A DNA stretch of 41,592 nt from Ignavibacteriaceae bacterium (GTDB lineage: Bacteria; Bacteroidota; Ignavibacteria; Ignavibacteriales; Ignavibacteriaceae): positions 1 through 41,592 of the forward strand of contig JBJKPP010000157.1 of the NCBI GenBank assembly GCA_046706145.1, given 5' to 3'. Positions 29,630 through 39,411 of this stretch are shown here, one piece after another; the stretch's first letter is position 1; each line of letters opens with the position of its first letter. Both the position numbers and the translations under genes were made by a program. The notes under the pieces are model-generated. The model had not been told where the DNA came from and did no database searches. It saw only the letters and a program-made list of their open reading frames with translations.

Positions 29630-31570
29630 ATGAATATTAGTAATCAGCTGAAACTTTTGTTTGGCTCTTTATTTTTGGGTTTTATACTCTTCACGGTTTA
29701 CACATTTGCACAAAACAAAATTTATATTCCAAGAAATATTTTAGAAGCTTATAAAAAGGGAACAAGATCCTTTGATGGCAGATCTGGACCTAATTACTGG
29801 CAAAACTCTTCAGATTATAAAATAAATGTTTCTATAGATCCAGTTACCCATTTAGTTAGCGGGACTGAGAATATAATGTATCATAACAACAGTCCAGATT
29901 CATTACCTTATATAGTCTTCCGGTTATACCAGGATATGAATAAAGCCGACGCTGCAAGGAATTCCGAACTTGATGAAAAATCAATCACCGACGGGGATGT
30001 CCTCGATGAAATTAAGGTTAATAACAATACAATAGACGTTAATTCTACAAGTGTAAAAGTAGAAGATACCAATCTTTATTTATATCTCGATCAACCTATG
30101 CCGTCTAAATCAAGTATAAATTTCTATTTTAAATGGCATTTCACTATTCCAGGTGGAAACAACCCAAGAATGGGAATGTATGATTCAACTTCGTTCTTTA
30201 TTGGGTACTGGTATCCACAAGTTGCGGTTTACGATGATATAGATGGATGGGACAAATATAATTATACTGGAACTCAAGAATTTTATAATGATTTTTCAAA
30301 TTTTGATGTAGAAATAAAAGTACCGAATAAGTTTGGTGTTTGGGGCACTGGAACATTACAAAATCCTGATGAAGTTTTAACACCTCAGACTTTGAAGAAA
30401 TATAACAATGCGCAAGTTTCTGATTCTGTTGTACATATTGTAACTGAACAAGATATCGAAAATGGAAATATATACACTAATGAAAATGAACAAAATACAT
30501 GGCACTTTAAAGCAGACAGCGTGACCGATTTCGCCTTTGGGATGAGTGATCATTATTTATGGGACGGTGTAGGTCTAAAAACTTCGGGCAAAAATAACAG
30601 TCATGTTTACATTGCTGCAGTATATAGAGCTCAGTCTAAGGATTTTCGTAATGTTTGTAAAGTTGCCAGAGACGCAATCAACTATTATTCAACTGTTTTG
30701 CCAGGAGTTCCATTTCCTTATCCGAGTATGACAGTATTTAATGGTCATTCAGGCGGAATGGAATATCCTATGATAGTCAATGACGGTTCCTATAAGGCAT
30801 ATTCCTTTATGGTGTATGTTACATCCCATGAAATTTCTCACACATATTTCCCTTTTTATATGGGAATTAATGAGAGAAAATATGCATGGATGGATGAGGG
30901 CATGGCTACATTTATCCCCTACGAATTTCAGTTAGAAGAAGGTAAGGCAGATTTTACTTCCAGAGATGCTTTTTTATACAGCAGGTTTGCTGGAAACGAG
31001 ACTGAGATGCCGCCAATAACTTTATCTGTTTTTTTGGAAAACATGCCCTACACAATTGCATCTTATATGAGACCTGGTTTAGCTTATTATTATTTGGAGG
31101 ATGCTTTAGGCAAAAATGAATTCACAAGAATTTTCCAGGAGTACATAAAAAGATGGCATGGCAAACATCCTCTGCCATACGATTTTTTCAATACTTTCGA
31201 TAATGTATATGGCAAGAATTTAAACTGGTATTGGCTTCCATGGTTTTTTGAAAAAGGATATCCTGATCTAGGCATCCAAAAAGTTGAACATGATAAGAAC
31301 AACGTTGAAATACTCATAAAAAAAGACGGTAGCATTCCGGTTCCAATTTATATCCAGATTACTGGTAAAAATGGTCAGAATGTGTCTATTTATAAGTCTG
31401 CAATGATATGGGAAAGTGGAAGTGACTCAGTTTGGATAAGCAAGGTTTTGGATTTTAAACCTACTGAGATTTTATTAGGAAGTAAGGATATCCCAGATGT
31501 AAACCTGACAAACAATGTTTATGAAATAAATGGTTATGATGGATCTTCAGAGAATTCCGACAACAAATAA
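29630..31570 (+). CDS. secreted M1-family zinc metallopeptidase
   Basis: Signal peptide, then the gluzincin motif HEISH-x18-E (HEISHTYFPFYMGINERKYAWMDEG). Confidence 0.8.
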   Translation: MNISNQLKLLFGSLFLGFILFTVYTFAQNKIYIPRNILEAYKKGTRSFDGRSGPNYWQNSSDYKINVSIDPVTHLVSGTENIMYHNNSPDSLPYIVFRLYQDMNKADAARNSELDEKSITDGDVLDEIKVNNNTIDVNSTSVKVEDTNLYLYLDQPMPSKSSINFYFKWHFTIPGGNNPRMGMYDSTSFFIGYWYPQVAVYDDIDGWDKYNYTGTQEFYNDFSNFDVEIKVPNKFGVWGTGTLQNPDEVLTPQTLKKYNNAQVSDSVVHIVTEQDIENGNIYTNENEQNTWHFKADSVTDFAFGMSDHYLWDGVGLKTSGKNNSHVYIAAVYRAQSKDFRNVCKVARDAINYYSTVLPGVPFPYPSMTVFNGHSGGMEYPMIVNDGSYKAYSFMVYVTSHEISHTYFPFYMGINERKYAWMDEGMATFIPYEFQLEEGKADFTSRDAFLYSRFAGNETEMPPITLSVFLENMPYTIASYMRPGLAYYYLEDALGKNEFTRIFQEYIKRWHGKHPLPYDFFNTFDNVYGKNLNWYWLPWFFEKGYPDLGIQKVEHDKNNVEILIKKDGSIPVPIYIQITGKNGQNVSIYKSAMIWESGSDSVWISKVLDFKPTEILLGSKDIPDVNLTNNVYEINGYDGSSENSDNK

Positions 31571-31574
31571 TATT

Positions 31575-31838
31575 TTAATTTTCAGTTTTTAAGAAAGAAT
31601 TGGTTCTTTTCATTACGTGACGGTGGTGCTTGGCAATTTGATTGTTATCTTTTTTAGAATTCATGATAGAACTAGAATCATTATGAGATGTGTGCTGATT
31701 TGATGTAACGGTATGTTTTGCTCCAGTTAAAGCCTGTGAAGGTGAGTCAACGTTAATTATCCATCCAATCAGAAAAACTAACACAATTACTATTAGGATA
31801 CCTATTCCTATGATTTTCTTTTGGTCTTTTTTATCCAT
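31575..31838 (-). CDS. hypothetical small membrane-anchored His-rich protein
   Basis: 87-aa ORF with an N-terminal KK-rich segment, one TM helix (IIGIGILIVIVLVFLIGWII) and a His/Ser-rich tail. I recognise no family and see no clear RBS. Confidence 0.3.
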   Translation of the reverse strand: MDKKDQKKIIGIGILIVIVLVFLIGWIINVDSPSQALTGAKHTVTSNQHTSHNDSSSIMNSKKDNNQIAKHHRHVMKRTNSFLKTEN

Positions 31839-32020
31839 GTTTTACTTAGTATAAATTTTCATCAAAAAAGATAAGGAATTTGGCCCTCTATTACTGTTAC
31901 TTACCTCACAAAAAAACAAAGGGCGGTTGAAACATTTAATGTAAACTTCTTGTGCATACGTTTTAAGTTTTGGTCAATTTTAATATCTTATACAACTAAA
32001 TTTTGCTCTATTCAGCCTAA

Positions 32021-32953
32021 ATGAAAATATTCAAAATATTCATTTATTTATCACCCATTATAATTTTTATAATTGTTTCTTCAGCACGTGATATGCAGCA
32101 TGGCGCTTTGGGGACTAAAAATAATCCTGTTAAGCTGTATTTTACGCCTTCAGTTGATGCTAAGCGAATTTCTTTTAATATTGAACCTTTGGTAAATTAC
32201 CTGGAGAAGGAAACTGGCTATTACTTTACAACAGCAATTCCTGCTAGCTATATTGCAGTGGTAGAAGCATTTGGAACCGATAAAGCTGATATAGCAAGCA
32301 TAAATACATTTTCGTATTTAATGGCAAATGCAAAGTACGGAGCACAGGCTAAACTTATTATTGTAAGAGATAATAATGAATCTTCATATTGCGGAGCCTT
32401 TATAACAAGGACAAATTCAGGAATAAATACCTTACAAGATCTTAACGGGAAAACTTTTGCCTATGTAGATCCTTCATCAACTTCCGGTTATATTCTTCCT
32501 AAAGCCATGTTAGATAGTTTGGGTATTCATCCCAGCGAAACTGTATTCGCTATGCGGCATGACAATGTTGTTACCATGGTATATCAGGGACAAGTAGATG
32601 CCGGAGCTATTTATTATGATCCCCCTGATCCTAAAACCGGGCAAATTTATGATGCTCGTATGAGAGTAGAAAAACAATTTCCTGACGTAGCCAAAAAAGT
32701 CAAAATAATCGGTTTTACACCGCAAATTCCTAATGACCCTATTGTGTTCAGAAAAGGAATGCCTGAAGAAATGAAGAATAAAATAGTCGATGCTCTTATT
32801 AATTTTGTCCACACACCGGAGGGTGAAAAAGCTTTATATAACATTTATGATGTAAGAAATTTAATAAGAGCTAAAGACAGCGACTATGACCAACTTAGGA
32901 GATTGTTAGCTAGAGAGCATATTTCATTTGAAAGTCTGGTTAAGAAGAAATGA
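32021..32953 (+). CDS. phnD: phosphate/phosphite/phosphonate ABC transporter substrate-binding protein (PhnD family)
   Basis: Signal/anchor sequence, then LYFTPSVDA..., SYIAVVEAFGTDKADIA and DPSSTSGYILPKAML, typical of TIGR01098-type binding proteins. ATGA overlap with phnC. Confidence 0.75.
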   Translation: MKIFKIFIYLSPIIIFIIVSSARDMQHGALGTKNNPVKLYFTPSVDAKRISFNIEPLVNYLEKETGYYFTTAIPASYIAVVEAFGTDKADIASINTFSYLMANAKYGAQAKLIIVRDNNESSYCGAFITRTNSGINTLQDLNGKTFAYVDPSSTSGYILPKAMLDSLGIHPSETVFAMRHDNVVTMVYQGQVDAGAIYYDPPDPKTGQIYDARMRVEKQFPDVAKKVKIIGFTPQIPNDPIVFRKGMPEEMKNKIVDALINFVHTPEGEKALYNIYDVRNLIRAKDSDYDQLRRLLAREHISFESLVKKK

Positions 32954-33711
32954 TCTTAGAAGTTCAGAACTTGCACAAAATTTATGACAATGGAACACAC
33001 GCGCTCAAAGGCGTTAGTTTCAAAGTTGAAGAAGGTGAGTTTTTAGTTGTCATTGGATTAAGCGGCTCGGGTAAATCTACTTTGCTCAGATGTATAAATC
33101 GTTTAATTGAGCCCACCTCAGGTTCAGTCAACTTTCTTGGAAAGGATATTACACATCTAAAGGGGGAGGAATTAAGAAAAGTTAAAACTCAGATAGGAAT
33201 TGTCTTTCAGCACTTCAATCTAATAAACAGAAGGTCTGTTTTAATCAACGTGTTGGCAGGTAAATTGGGAAATGTTGGAACTTTTAACTCTCTCATGGGA
33301 AAGTTTTCGGATGAAGTCCTCAGAGAAGCTTATAAAAGTCTGGAAACGGTTGGTATAGCTGAAAAAGCAAAGGTTCGTGCTGACTCCCTGAGCGGCGGGC
33401 AGCAACAGAGAGTAGCAATTGCGAGAAGTTTAATGCAGAATCCAAAGCTACTGCTTGCAGATGAACCTGTTGCATCTTTGGACCCAGCGACTTCAAACTC
33501 TATAATGCAATATTTTGAGAGAATTAATAAAGATATGGGCACAACTGTTATATGTAATTTGCATTTCTTGAGTTTGGTTAGAAGATATGCAACAAGAGTT
33601 ATTGCTCTTAAAGAGGGAAAGATCATATTTGAGGGAATGCCCAATGATATAAATGAAACATGGTTCAAAACTATATATGGGGAGGAGGCAGAAGAGGTGG
33701 AAATCAGATGA
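32950..33711 (+). CDS. phnC: phosphonate ABC transporter ATP-binding protein
   Basis: [44 protein letters not shown]. Confidence 0.85.
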   Translation: MILEVQNLHKIYDNGTHALKGVSFKVEEGEFLVVIGLSGSGKSTLLRCINRLIEPTSGSVNFLGKDITHLKGEELRKVKTQIGIVFQHFNLINRRSVLINVLAGKLGNVGTFNSLMGKFSDEVLREAYKSLETVGIAEKAKVRADSLSGGQQQRVAIARSLMQNPKLLLADEPVASLDPATSNSIMQYFERINKDMGTTVICNLHFLSLVRRYATRVIALKEGKIIFEGMPNDINETWFKTIYGEEAEEVEIR

Positions 33712-34781
33712 AAGCGGCAGAACTTGAAATCTCACCACATGCCAAGTTGCAGCGCTCTAAGCAAAAACAGGATACGAAAAACTTATATAAGGCAATCTTG
33801 TTAGATTCTTTTTTTGTTTTTTATTCAATACTTGTTGTACAAAGAGCAATATATTATAAGTTTGTCCTAGATATGAGAAGTTTACCTTTCTCTTGGACTG
33901 AAACTACCATAATATTGATAATCAGTCTAGTAGTTGGAAGTTTATGGGCAATATCACGTACTTCTCTTTCATGTAAATTATTTGGCATAGCAAGAAATAC
34001 AAAAACAACCAAATGGACTGTAGAACTCTTTGCATGGTTCCTGTTCAATATTACTTTTATAGCTGGGTGGATTGTAACAAAAGTATCTATTGTTCAATTA
34101 TTTAGTGCAGAAGGACTAGACGGAGCAGGAAGAATTTTTGGTTCACTTTTTCAACCCCAATTTGGAATTTTTGATGATGCTCTATTTGCTATGATAGAAA
34201 CTATATATATTGCTTTATTAGCTACACTTATATCAATTCCTATAACTTTAATTCTAAGTTTTTTCTCAGCTAGAAATTTGATGAAGGAAAACAAGTTTAC
34301 TTTTTTCATTTATTACATCCTAAGAATAATTACCAACTTTATCAGGTCGATAGAACCTCTAGTTTGGGCAATAATATTTTCAGTTTGGGTGGGCATAGGG
34401 CCATTTGCGGGAATGATAGCACTGCTTGTACATACAATCGCATCTAATGCCAAATTATATTCTGAGGCTATTGAAGGAATTGACAGAGGGCCTGTAGAAG
34501 CCATTTCAGCTACAGGTGCAAATAAGGTTCAGGTTGTTTGGTATGCTGTTGTTCCTCAAATTGTTTTACCGTTTTTGTCATTTACCATATATAGATGGGA
34601 TATAAATGTCAGAATGGCAACTATTATTGGTCTGGTTGGAGGAGGCGGAATCGGTACAATGTTGATGCAATATCAAGGCCTGGCCCGCTGGCATGAAGTG
34701 GGTTTGATAGTTATTATGATAGCTGTTGTAGTCTGGATAATGGACTATATTAGTGCAAAAATCAGGGAAGCTATTTATTAA
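33708..34781 (+). CDS. phnE: phosphonate ABC transporter permease PhnE, with an N-terminal extension of about 100 aa
   Basis: The ATG at 33708 forms ATGA with the phnC stop; the track start at 33660 lies inside phnC. PhnE-type permease core (ETIYIALLATLISIPI.., EAIEGIDRGPVEAISATGA). Confidence 0.8.
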   Translation: MKAAELEISPHAKLQRSKQKQDTKNLYKAILLDSFFVFYSILVVQRAIYYKFVLDMRSLPFSWTETTIILIISLVVGSLWAISRTSLSCKLFGIARNTKTTKWTVELFAWFLFNITFIAGWIVTKVSIVQLFSAEGLDGAGRIFGSLFQPQFGIFDDALFAMIETIYIALLATLISIPITLILSFFSARNLMKENKFTFFIYYILRIITNFIRSIEPLVWAIIFSVWVGIGPFAGMIALLVHTIASNAKLYSEAIEGIDRGPVEAISATGANKVQVVWYAVVPQIVLPFLSFTIYRWDINVRMATIIGLVGGGGIGTMLMQYQGLARWHEVGLIVIMIAVVVWIMDYISAKIREAIY

Positions 34782-34952
34782 TAGCAAAATTTTCTCAATA
34801 TTTAGCTGCGTTCCAATAGCTAATATTCAAGTTTCCTTAGAAACTTAACATTCACTTAACCTTTCGATAATTATAGCTTAACAATGGGTATATATATTTG
34901 CAGTGTTGCTTTCACATTGGTTAATATTCTACGCTTACTCTCTCCCTAAACA

Positions 34953-34988
34953 AAGGACACCCTATGACAGGGGGTGTCCTTTTTATTT
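34953..34988 (+). terminator. strong rho-independent terminator, 170 nt downstream of phnE
   Basis: AAGGACACCC-TATGACAGG-GGGTGTCCTT (10-bp stem) followed by TTTATTTTG. Confidence 0.8.
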
Positions 34989-35145
34989 TGCATAAAAGTT
35001 AACACTTATTTAATACGAAAAATTCAAGTTTTAAAATTATATTTTTTTATAATTACTGTTTGCAAAGAGAATTTTTTCCTTTTTTAATAAATTAAATTAT
35101 TTTGTTTATACAAATTTCCGCAGTATAATATTTTTTTGCCTTTTT

Positions 35146-35904
35146 ATGAAAGAAGTTAAAATATCAATTAGAAATCTTGATCTATATTATGGTAATAACC
35201 ATGCTCTAAAAGATATTTCTATTGATATACCTCCACAAAAAATTGTTGCTTTTATTGGCCCTTCAGGTTGTGGAAAATCTACGCTGCTAAGGACAATCAA
35301 CAGGATGAACGATATTATCCATAATGTGAAAATAAATGGTGAAGTTTTACTTGACGGGGCAAACATTTATCAAAGAGGAATGGATGTTGTTTTTCTTAGA
35401 AGAAGAGTTGGAATGGTCTTTCAAAAATCTAATTTATTTCCAAAGTCGATATTTGATAATGTTGCGTACGGTCCAAGAATAAATGGTATAAGAAGTAAAA
35501 GTAAACTCAGGGAAATTGTTGAGCGCTCCTTGAGACAATCTGCATTATGGGAAGAAGTTAAGGATAGATTGGATGCCCCGGCATTGGGGCTTTCGGGAGG
35601 CCAGCAGCAAAGGGTCTGTATAGCGCGCACGCTGGCAATTGAGCCGGAAGTTATTCTTATGGATGAACCGGCAAGCGCATTGGATCCCATTTCCACTGCA
35701 AAAATTGAAGAGCTTATTACAGAGTTAAAGAAAAAATATTCTATTGTGATTGTTACTCACAATATGCAGCAGGCAGCCAGAGTTAGTGAACATACTGCCT
35801 TCTTCTATCTTGGTCAACTAATAGAGTATGATAAAACTCCAAAGATGTTTACAACTCCATCTAAGAAACAGACTGAAGACTACATTTCAGGCAGATTTGG
35901 TTAA
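35146..35904 (+). CDS. pstB: phosphate ABC transporter ATP-binding protein PstB
   Basis: [43 protein letters not shown] and the C-terminal [10 protein letters not shown] typical of PstB. Confidence 0.9.
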   Translation: MKEVKISIRNLDLYYGNNHALKDISIDIPPQKIVAFIGPSGCGKSTLLRTINRMNDIIHNVKINGEVLLDGANIYQRGMDVVFLRRRVGMVFQKSNLFPKSIFDNVAYGPRINGIRSKSKLREIVERSLRQSALWEEVKDRLDAPALGLSGGQQQRVCIARTLAIEPEVILMDEPASALDPISTAKIEELITELKKKYSIVIVTHNMQQAARVSEHTAFFYLGQLIEYDKTPKMFTTPSKKQTEDYISGRFG

Positions 35905-35937
35905 TTTAATATTTAAAATATTCAACAGGTTATAAAA

Positions 35938-36633
35938 ATGGAAAGAACATTTGACCAACAATTAGAAAAACTTAGAAAAAGAATATTGAAAATGTGCAGT
36001 GTCGTTGATGAACAGGTTGAAACTGCTTTTAGAGTCATTAATCAAGGTAATTCTGAACTGGCTGAAGAAGTTATTTTAAAGGATGATCTGGTTGATAAAT
36101 ATGACGTGAAAATTGACAAACTATGTCAAAAACTGATTGCGCTGAATCAACCTGTTGCTATGGACTTGCGTTTCATTATGTCTGCATTAACAATGAATAC
36201 AAACTTAGAAAGAATTGGAGATATAGCTGCTAATATCTGCGAAAATTTTCTTGTCATAAAAAGAAGACCGAGTTTTATTGAAGAAATTCATTATAGTGAA
36301 ATGACCGCATTGTCAAGAGAAATGCTTAAAAGTGCAATAGATTCTTTCATAAATAACGATCCTAAGTTGGCAGCTAAAGTCATCGAAATGGATAAAAAGC
36401 TTGATCAGTATAATATGGATAATCATCAAATATTGAAAAAGATAATGAAAGAATCTCCTGAGAACATTGATGATGCAGTCGCTTTGTTAGTAATTTCGAG
36501 ACAAATAGAAAGACTGGGAGACCATGCAACAAACATTGCAGAAGATGTCTATTTTATTGTTGAAGCTCAGTTGGTTAAACACAAGTATGAAAAGATAATC
36601 TTTGAACATGATGAAGAGGAGGACACGAATTAG
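35938..36633 (+). CDS. phoU: phosphate signalling complex protein PhoU
   Basis: Two PhoU repeats with LERIGDIAANI and IERLGDHATNIAEDV. Confidence 0.9.
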   Translation: MERTFDQQLEKLRKRILKMCSVVDEQVETAFRVINQGNSELAEEVILKDDLVDKYDVKIDKLCQKLIALNQPVAMDLRFIMSALTMNTNLERIGDIAANICENFLVIKRRPSFIEEIHYSEMTALSREMLKSAIDSFINNDPKLAAKVIEMDKKLDQYNMDNHQILKKIMKESPENIDDAVALLVISRQIERLGDHATNIAEDVYFIVEAQLVKHKYEKIIFEHDEEEDTN

Positions 36634-37205
36634 CTTAAAATAGTTTTTAGTACTTTTTGAGAGATCTCTTTTGTACTTTCAAAAGTTTCTGTGCTGGATA
36701 TTTTTTTTAATTTTTGTCCAAAAACGAATCCCCAACTTTGAATTACTAAAAACTCCGGCAGGTATTTGTTATCATTCTTGTTCAATTTGTTTTCTTTAGC
36801 AAAGTTATCAATTAGTTCTTTTTCTTTTCCTAGTAGATTTTTAACTGTCATTATTTCATTCTCTAACCCATCTCCTCTGAGTACCTCAACCATTAAATTA
36901 TATATAAGATTGAAAGTCTCGTCAAATTTAGTTTTGTATTCAAAATATTTCATCAACCTTTCTTCATAAGACCTTTCATTATCAGCTAAAATATTTCTAA
37001 TATCTTCAATGTATTGGTCAATGCGATAATTTAATGTTGCAAAGTATAGTTCGTCTTTCGAATCAAAATAATGGTATATAGTAGCTTTCCCAATTCTAAG
37101 GTCTCTTGCCACTTCATCGAGGGTGGTTTTGGCTAACCCGTGTTTGTTAAATCTTTTTATTGCGGCTTCTATAATCTGGGTTTTGCGGTTCTTTTCCAAC
37201 ATCAA
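36630..37205 (-). CDS. TetR/AcrR family transcriptional regulator
   Basis: N-terminal HTH (AIKRFNKHGLAKTTLDEVARDLRIGKATIYHYFDSKDELY). 191 aa. Confidence 0.8.
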   Translation of the reverse strand: MMLEKNRKTQIIEAAIKRFNKHGLAKTTLDEVARDLRIGKATIYHYFDSKDELYFATLNYRIDQYIEDIRNILADNERSYEERLMKYFEYKTKFDETFNLIYNLMVEVLRGDGLENEIMTVKNLLGKEKELIDNFAKENKLNKNDNKYLPEFLVIQSWGFVFGQKLKKISSTETFESTKEISQKVLKTILS

Positions 37206-37332
37206 AGAAATTAATTATAAAATTATTTCGTCAAGATAATGCTAGAATTTTAAATATCGAAATTTAAAAACAATTTTCCCCTATTTTCTTTCGAAAATTT
37301 TAAGGCAAGCAATTTCTAAAAAGCAGGGCAAT

Positions 37333-37584
37333 TCAATTAGTTACTATCTTTTTTGCTTCGTCTATTAAGGAATCGGCCTTCTTCTTAAGTTCGTCAGCCT
37401 TCTCTTTCCCTTTTTCAACATAATCATCGATATCATCAACCAAATCATCGGCTCTGTCAGAAATTTTTCTTCTCAGTCTCTTGCCGGACATAGGTGTATA
37501 CAACATTGCCAGAGCACTTCCAACTATTCCACCGATTAGAAGACCTTTTAAGAAAATATTTGTTTTTTCCCCATCCTTTGACAT
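37333..37584 (-). CDS. YtxH domain-containing protein
   Basis: 83 aa. FLKGLLIGGIVGSALAMLYTPMSGKRLRRKI followed by a charged helical tail, the typical YtxH layout. Confidence 0.6.
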   Translation of the reverse strand: MSKDGEKTNIFLKGLLIGGIVGSALAMLYTPMSGKRLRRKISDRADDLVDDIDDYVEKGKEKADELKKKADSLIDEAKKIVTN

Positions 37585-37663
37585 TTTATTTACCTCATAT
37601 ATTTCACTTATAGAATCAATAATAAAATATATTATTTATAACAAAACAATCAAATCAATTATC

Positions 37664-38407
37664 TCAACCCTTTCTTCCCAGCTTAAAAAATATTATTAGA
37701 ATAAAGCCTGCAATAAAACCGCTGACATGTGCGCCGTATGCAACTCCACCTTCTTGCAGGTTACCACCCAGAAATCCGAGTCCACTGACTATTTGAAATA
37801 AAAACCAGAAACCAATTGCTATAATAGCCGGAACTTCCGTCAAAAAATAAAATACGATAACTTTTACCCGTCGTGTTGGATATAAAAGAAGATACGCACC
37901 GAGTACTCCTGAAATTGCTCCGGAGGCTCCCAAAGTTGGGGTCAAAAGGTCAGCATTATCAAAAAATAAAGTAGTAAAAGCTTGACCGTAGTCAGCGATT
38001 ACCCCACATAAAAGATAGAAAATTAAATACCTAAAATGTCCGATTTTATTTTCAATATTATCTCCAAAAATCAAAAGAAAAATCATATTTCCGAGAATGT
38101 GTGCAATACCTCCATGCATAAACATGGAAGTGAATAAAGTTATGTAAACAGAAACAGGAGTCTTTTGTAATCCGGGGACAGTGAACGTTTCTCCAGTATT
38201 TGGGTCTTCATAGGTTTTGGGAGATGTTACTATATCTTTTCCTGTCAATATTTCGGCAGGTACAGATGAATATGTATAATTAAATTTCTGATTAGTTCCG
38301 AAGTTCTGAAGAAAAATGAAAACAAGGACATTAAGAATAACAAGCAGATAGTTAATGAGCGGTTTAATTTTTCTATCTCTGTTATCATCCCCGATAGGAA
38401 AAAACAT
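37664..38407 (-). CDS. rhomboid family intramembrane serine protease
   Basis: MHGGIAHILGNM and GASGAISGVLGAY (catalytic Ser), with a later AHVSGFIAG (catalytic His). Confidence 0.85.
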   Translation of the reverse strand: MFFPIGDDNRDRKIKPLINYLLVILNVLVFIFLQNFGTNQKFNYTYSSVPAEILTGKDIVTSPKTYEDPNTGETFTVPGLQKTPVSVYITLFTSMFMHGGIAHILGNMIFLLIFGDNIENKIGHFRYLIFYLLCGVIADYGQAFTTLFFDNADLLTPTLGASGAISGVLGAYLLLYPTRRVKVIVFYFLTEVPAIIAIGFWFLFQIVSGLGFLGGNLQEGGVAYGAHVSGFIAGFILIIFFKLGRKG

Positions 38408-38593
38408 ATAGGGTTTCTAATGCAATTAAAAAAATGAAAAGATATATAGTTAAGAACTTTATTTTATGCAATATTAACCTCGGCAAAATCTTGCAAAGTT
38501 TGATTTTTTATAAAGCGTTAAAGTATTGTTATTCTAAGGAATTATTAAGAAATTAAATCTTTAGTTTATTAAAATTGCAGTAAAAATCCCTGA

Positions 38594-39406
38594 ATGGTAA
38601 AGGTTAAGAATATCGAAATTGCAAATGATAAGCCTTTTGTGCTTATTGCTGGCCCATGTGTTGTTGAGAATGAATCACTTGTTCTATCAACTGCTGAAAA
38701 AATTAAAGAGATAACTTCTAAACTAAATGTTCCTTTTATATTTAAGTCTAGTTATAGAAAAGCAAACAGAACCAGTAAAAAATCTTTTCAGGGAATAGGG
38801 GATACAAAAGCTCTAAAAATTCTGGGCAAAGTTCGTGATAGAATGCAAATTCCGGTTTTGACAGATATTCATTTGCCGGAAGAAGCTGAATTAGCTGCCC
38901 GGTATGCTGATGTGCTTCAAATACCTGCATTTTTAAGCAGACAAACAGATATTCTTATAGCTGCTGGAAAAACGGGAAAAGTAGTCAATATAAAAAAGGG
39001 ACAATTCTTAGCTCCAGAGGATATGAAGTATTCTGCAGAAAAAGTTTTTTCTACGGGAAACAAAAGAATTCTTTTAACTGAAAGAGGAAGTATGTTCGGG
39101 TATCATAATCTTGTTGTCGATTTTAAGTCTCTTATAATTATGAAAAAAATAGGTTTCCCTGTGGTTATGGATGCAACTCATTCCGTTCAGGTACCGAGCA
39201 GGGGGGGGAAAAGCGGTGGAAAACGAGCATTTATTGATCCCCTGGCAAAGGCTGCTACTGCAGTTGGAATTGCTTCTTTATTTCTGGAGGTTCACCCTGA
39301 TCCTCAAAATGCTTTAAGTGATTCGGGTAGTCAATATTCATTAAATAAGTTAGAAAAATTGCTTACTCAAATAATTCAAATAGATAAATTAGTAAAAAAC
39401 TACTAG
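38594..39406 (+). CDS. kdsA: 3-deoxy-8-phosphooctulonate (Kdo-8-P) synthase
   Basis: 270 aa. AGPCVVE, FKSSYRKANRTS, LQIPAFLSRQTD, DATHSVQ. Confidence 0.9.
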   Translation: MVKVKNIEIANDKPFVLIAGPCVVENESLVLSTAEKIKEITSKLNVPFIFKSSYRKANRTSKKSFQGIGDTKALKILGKVRDRMQIPVLTDIHLPEEAELAARYADVLQIPAFLSRQTDILIAAGKTGKVVNIKKGQFLAPEDMKYSAEKVFSTGNKRILLTERGSMFGYHNLVVDFKSLIIMKKIGFPVVMDATHSVQVPSRGGKSGGKRAFIDPLAKAATAVGIASLFLEVHPDPQNALSDSGSQYSLNKLEKLLTQIIQIDKLVKNY

Positions 39407-39411
39407 TATTA

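Noticed and set aside
31890-31898. 9-mer ATTACTGTT shared between the phnD upstream region and the pstB upstream region (35052-35060), with a loosely Pho-box-like CTGT core
   Set aside because: My rough estimate is that one shared 9-mer between two AT-rich regions of about 170 nt is close to chance expectation. There is no direct-repeat Pho-box architecture (a second half-site at 11-nt spacing is poor).
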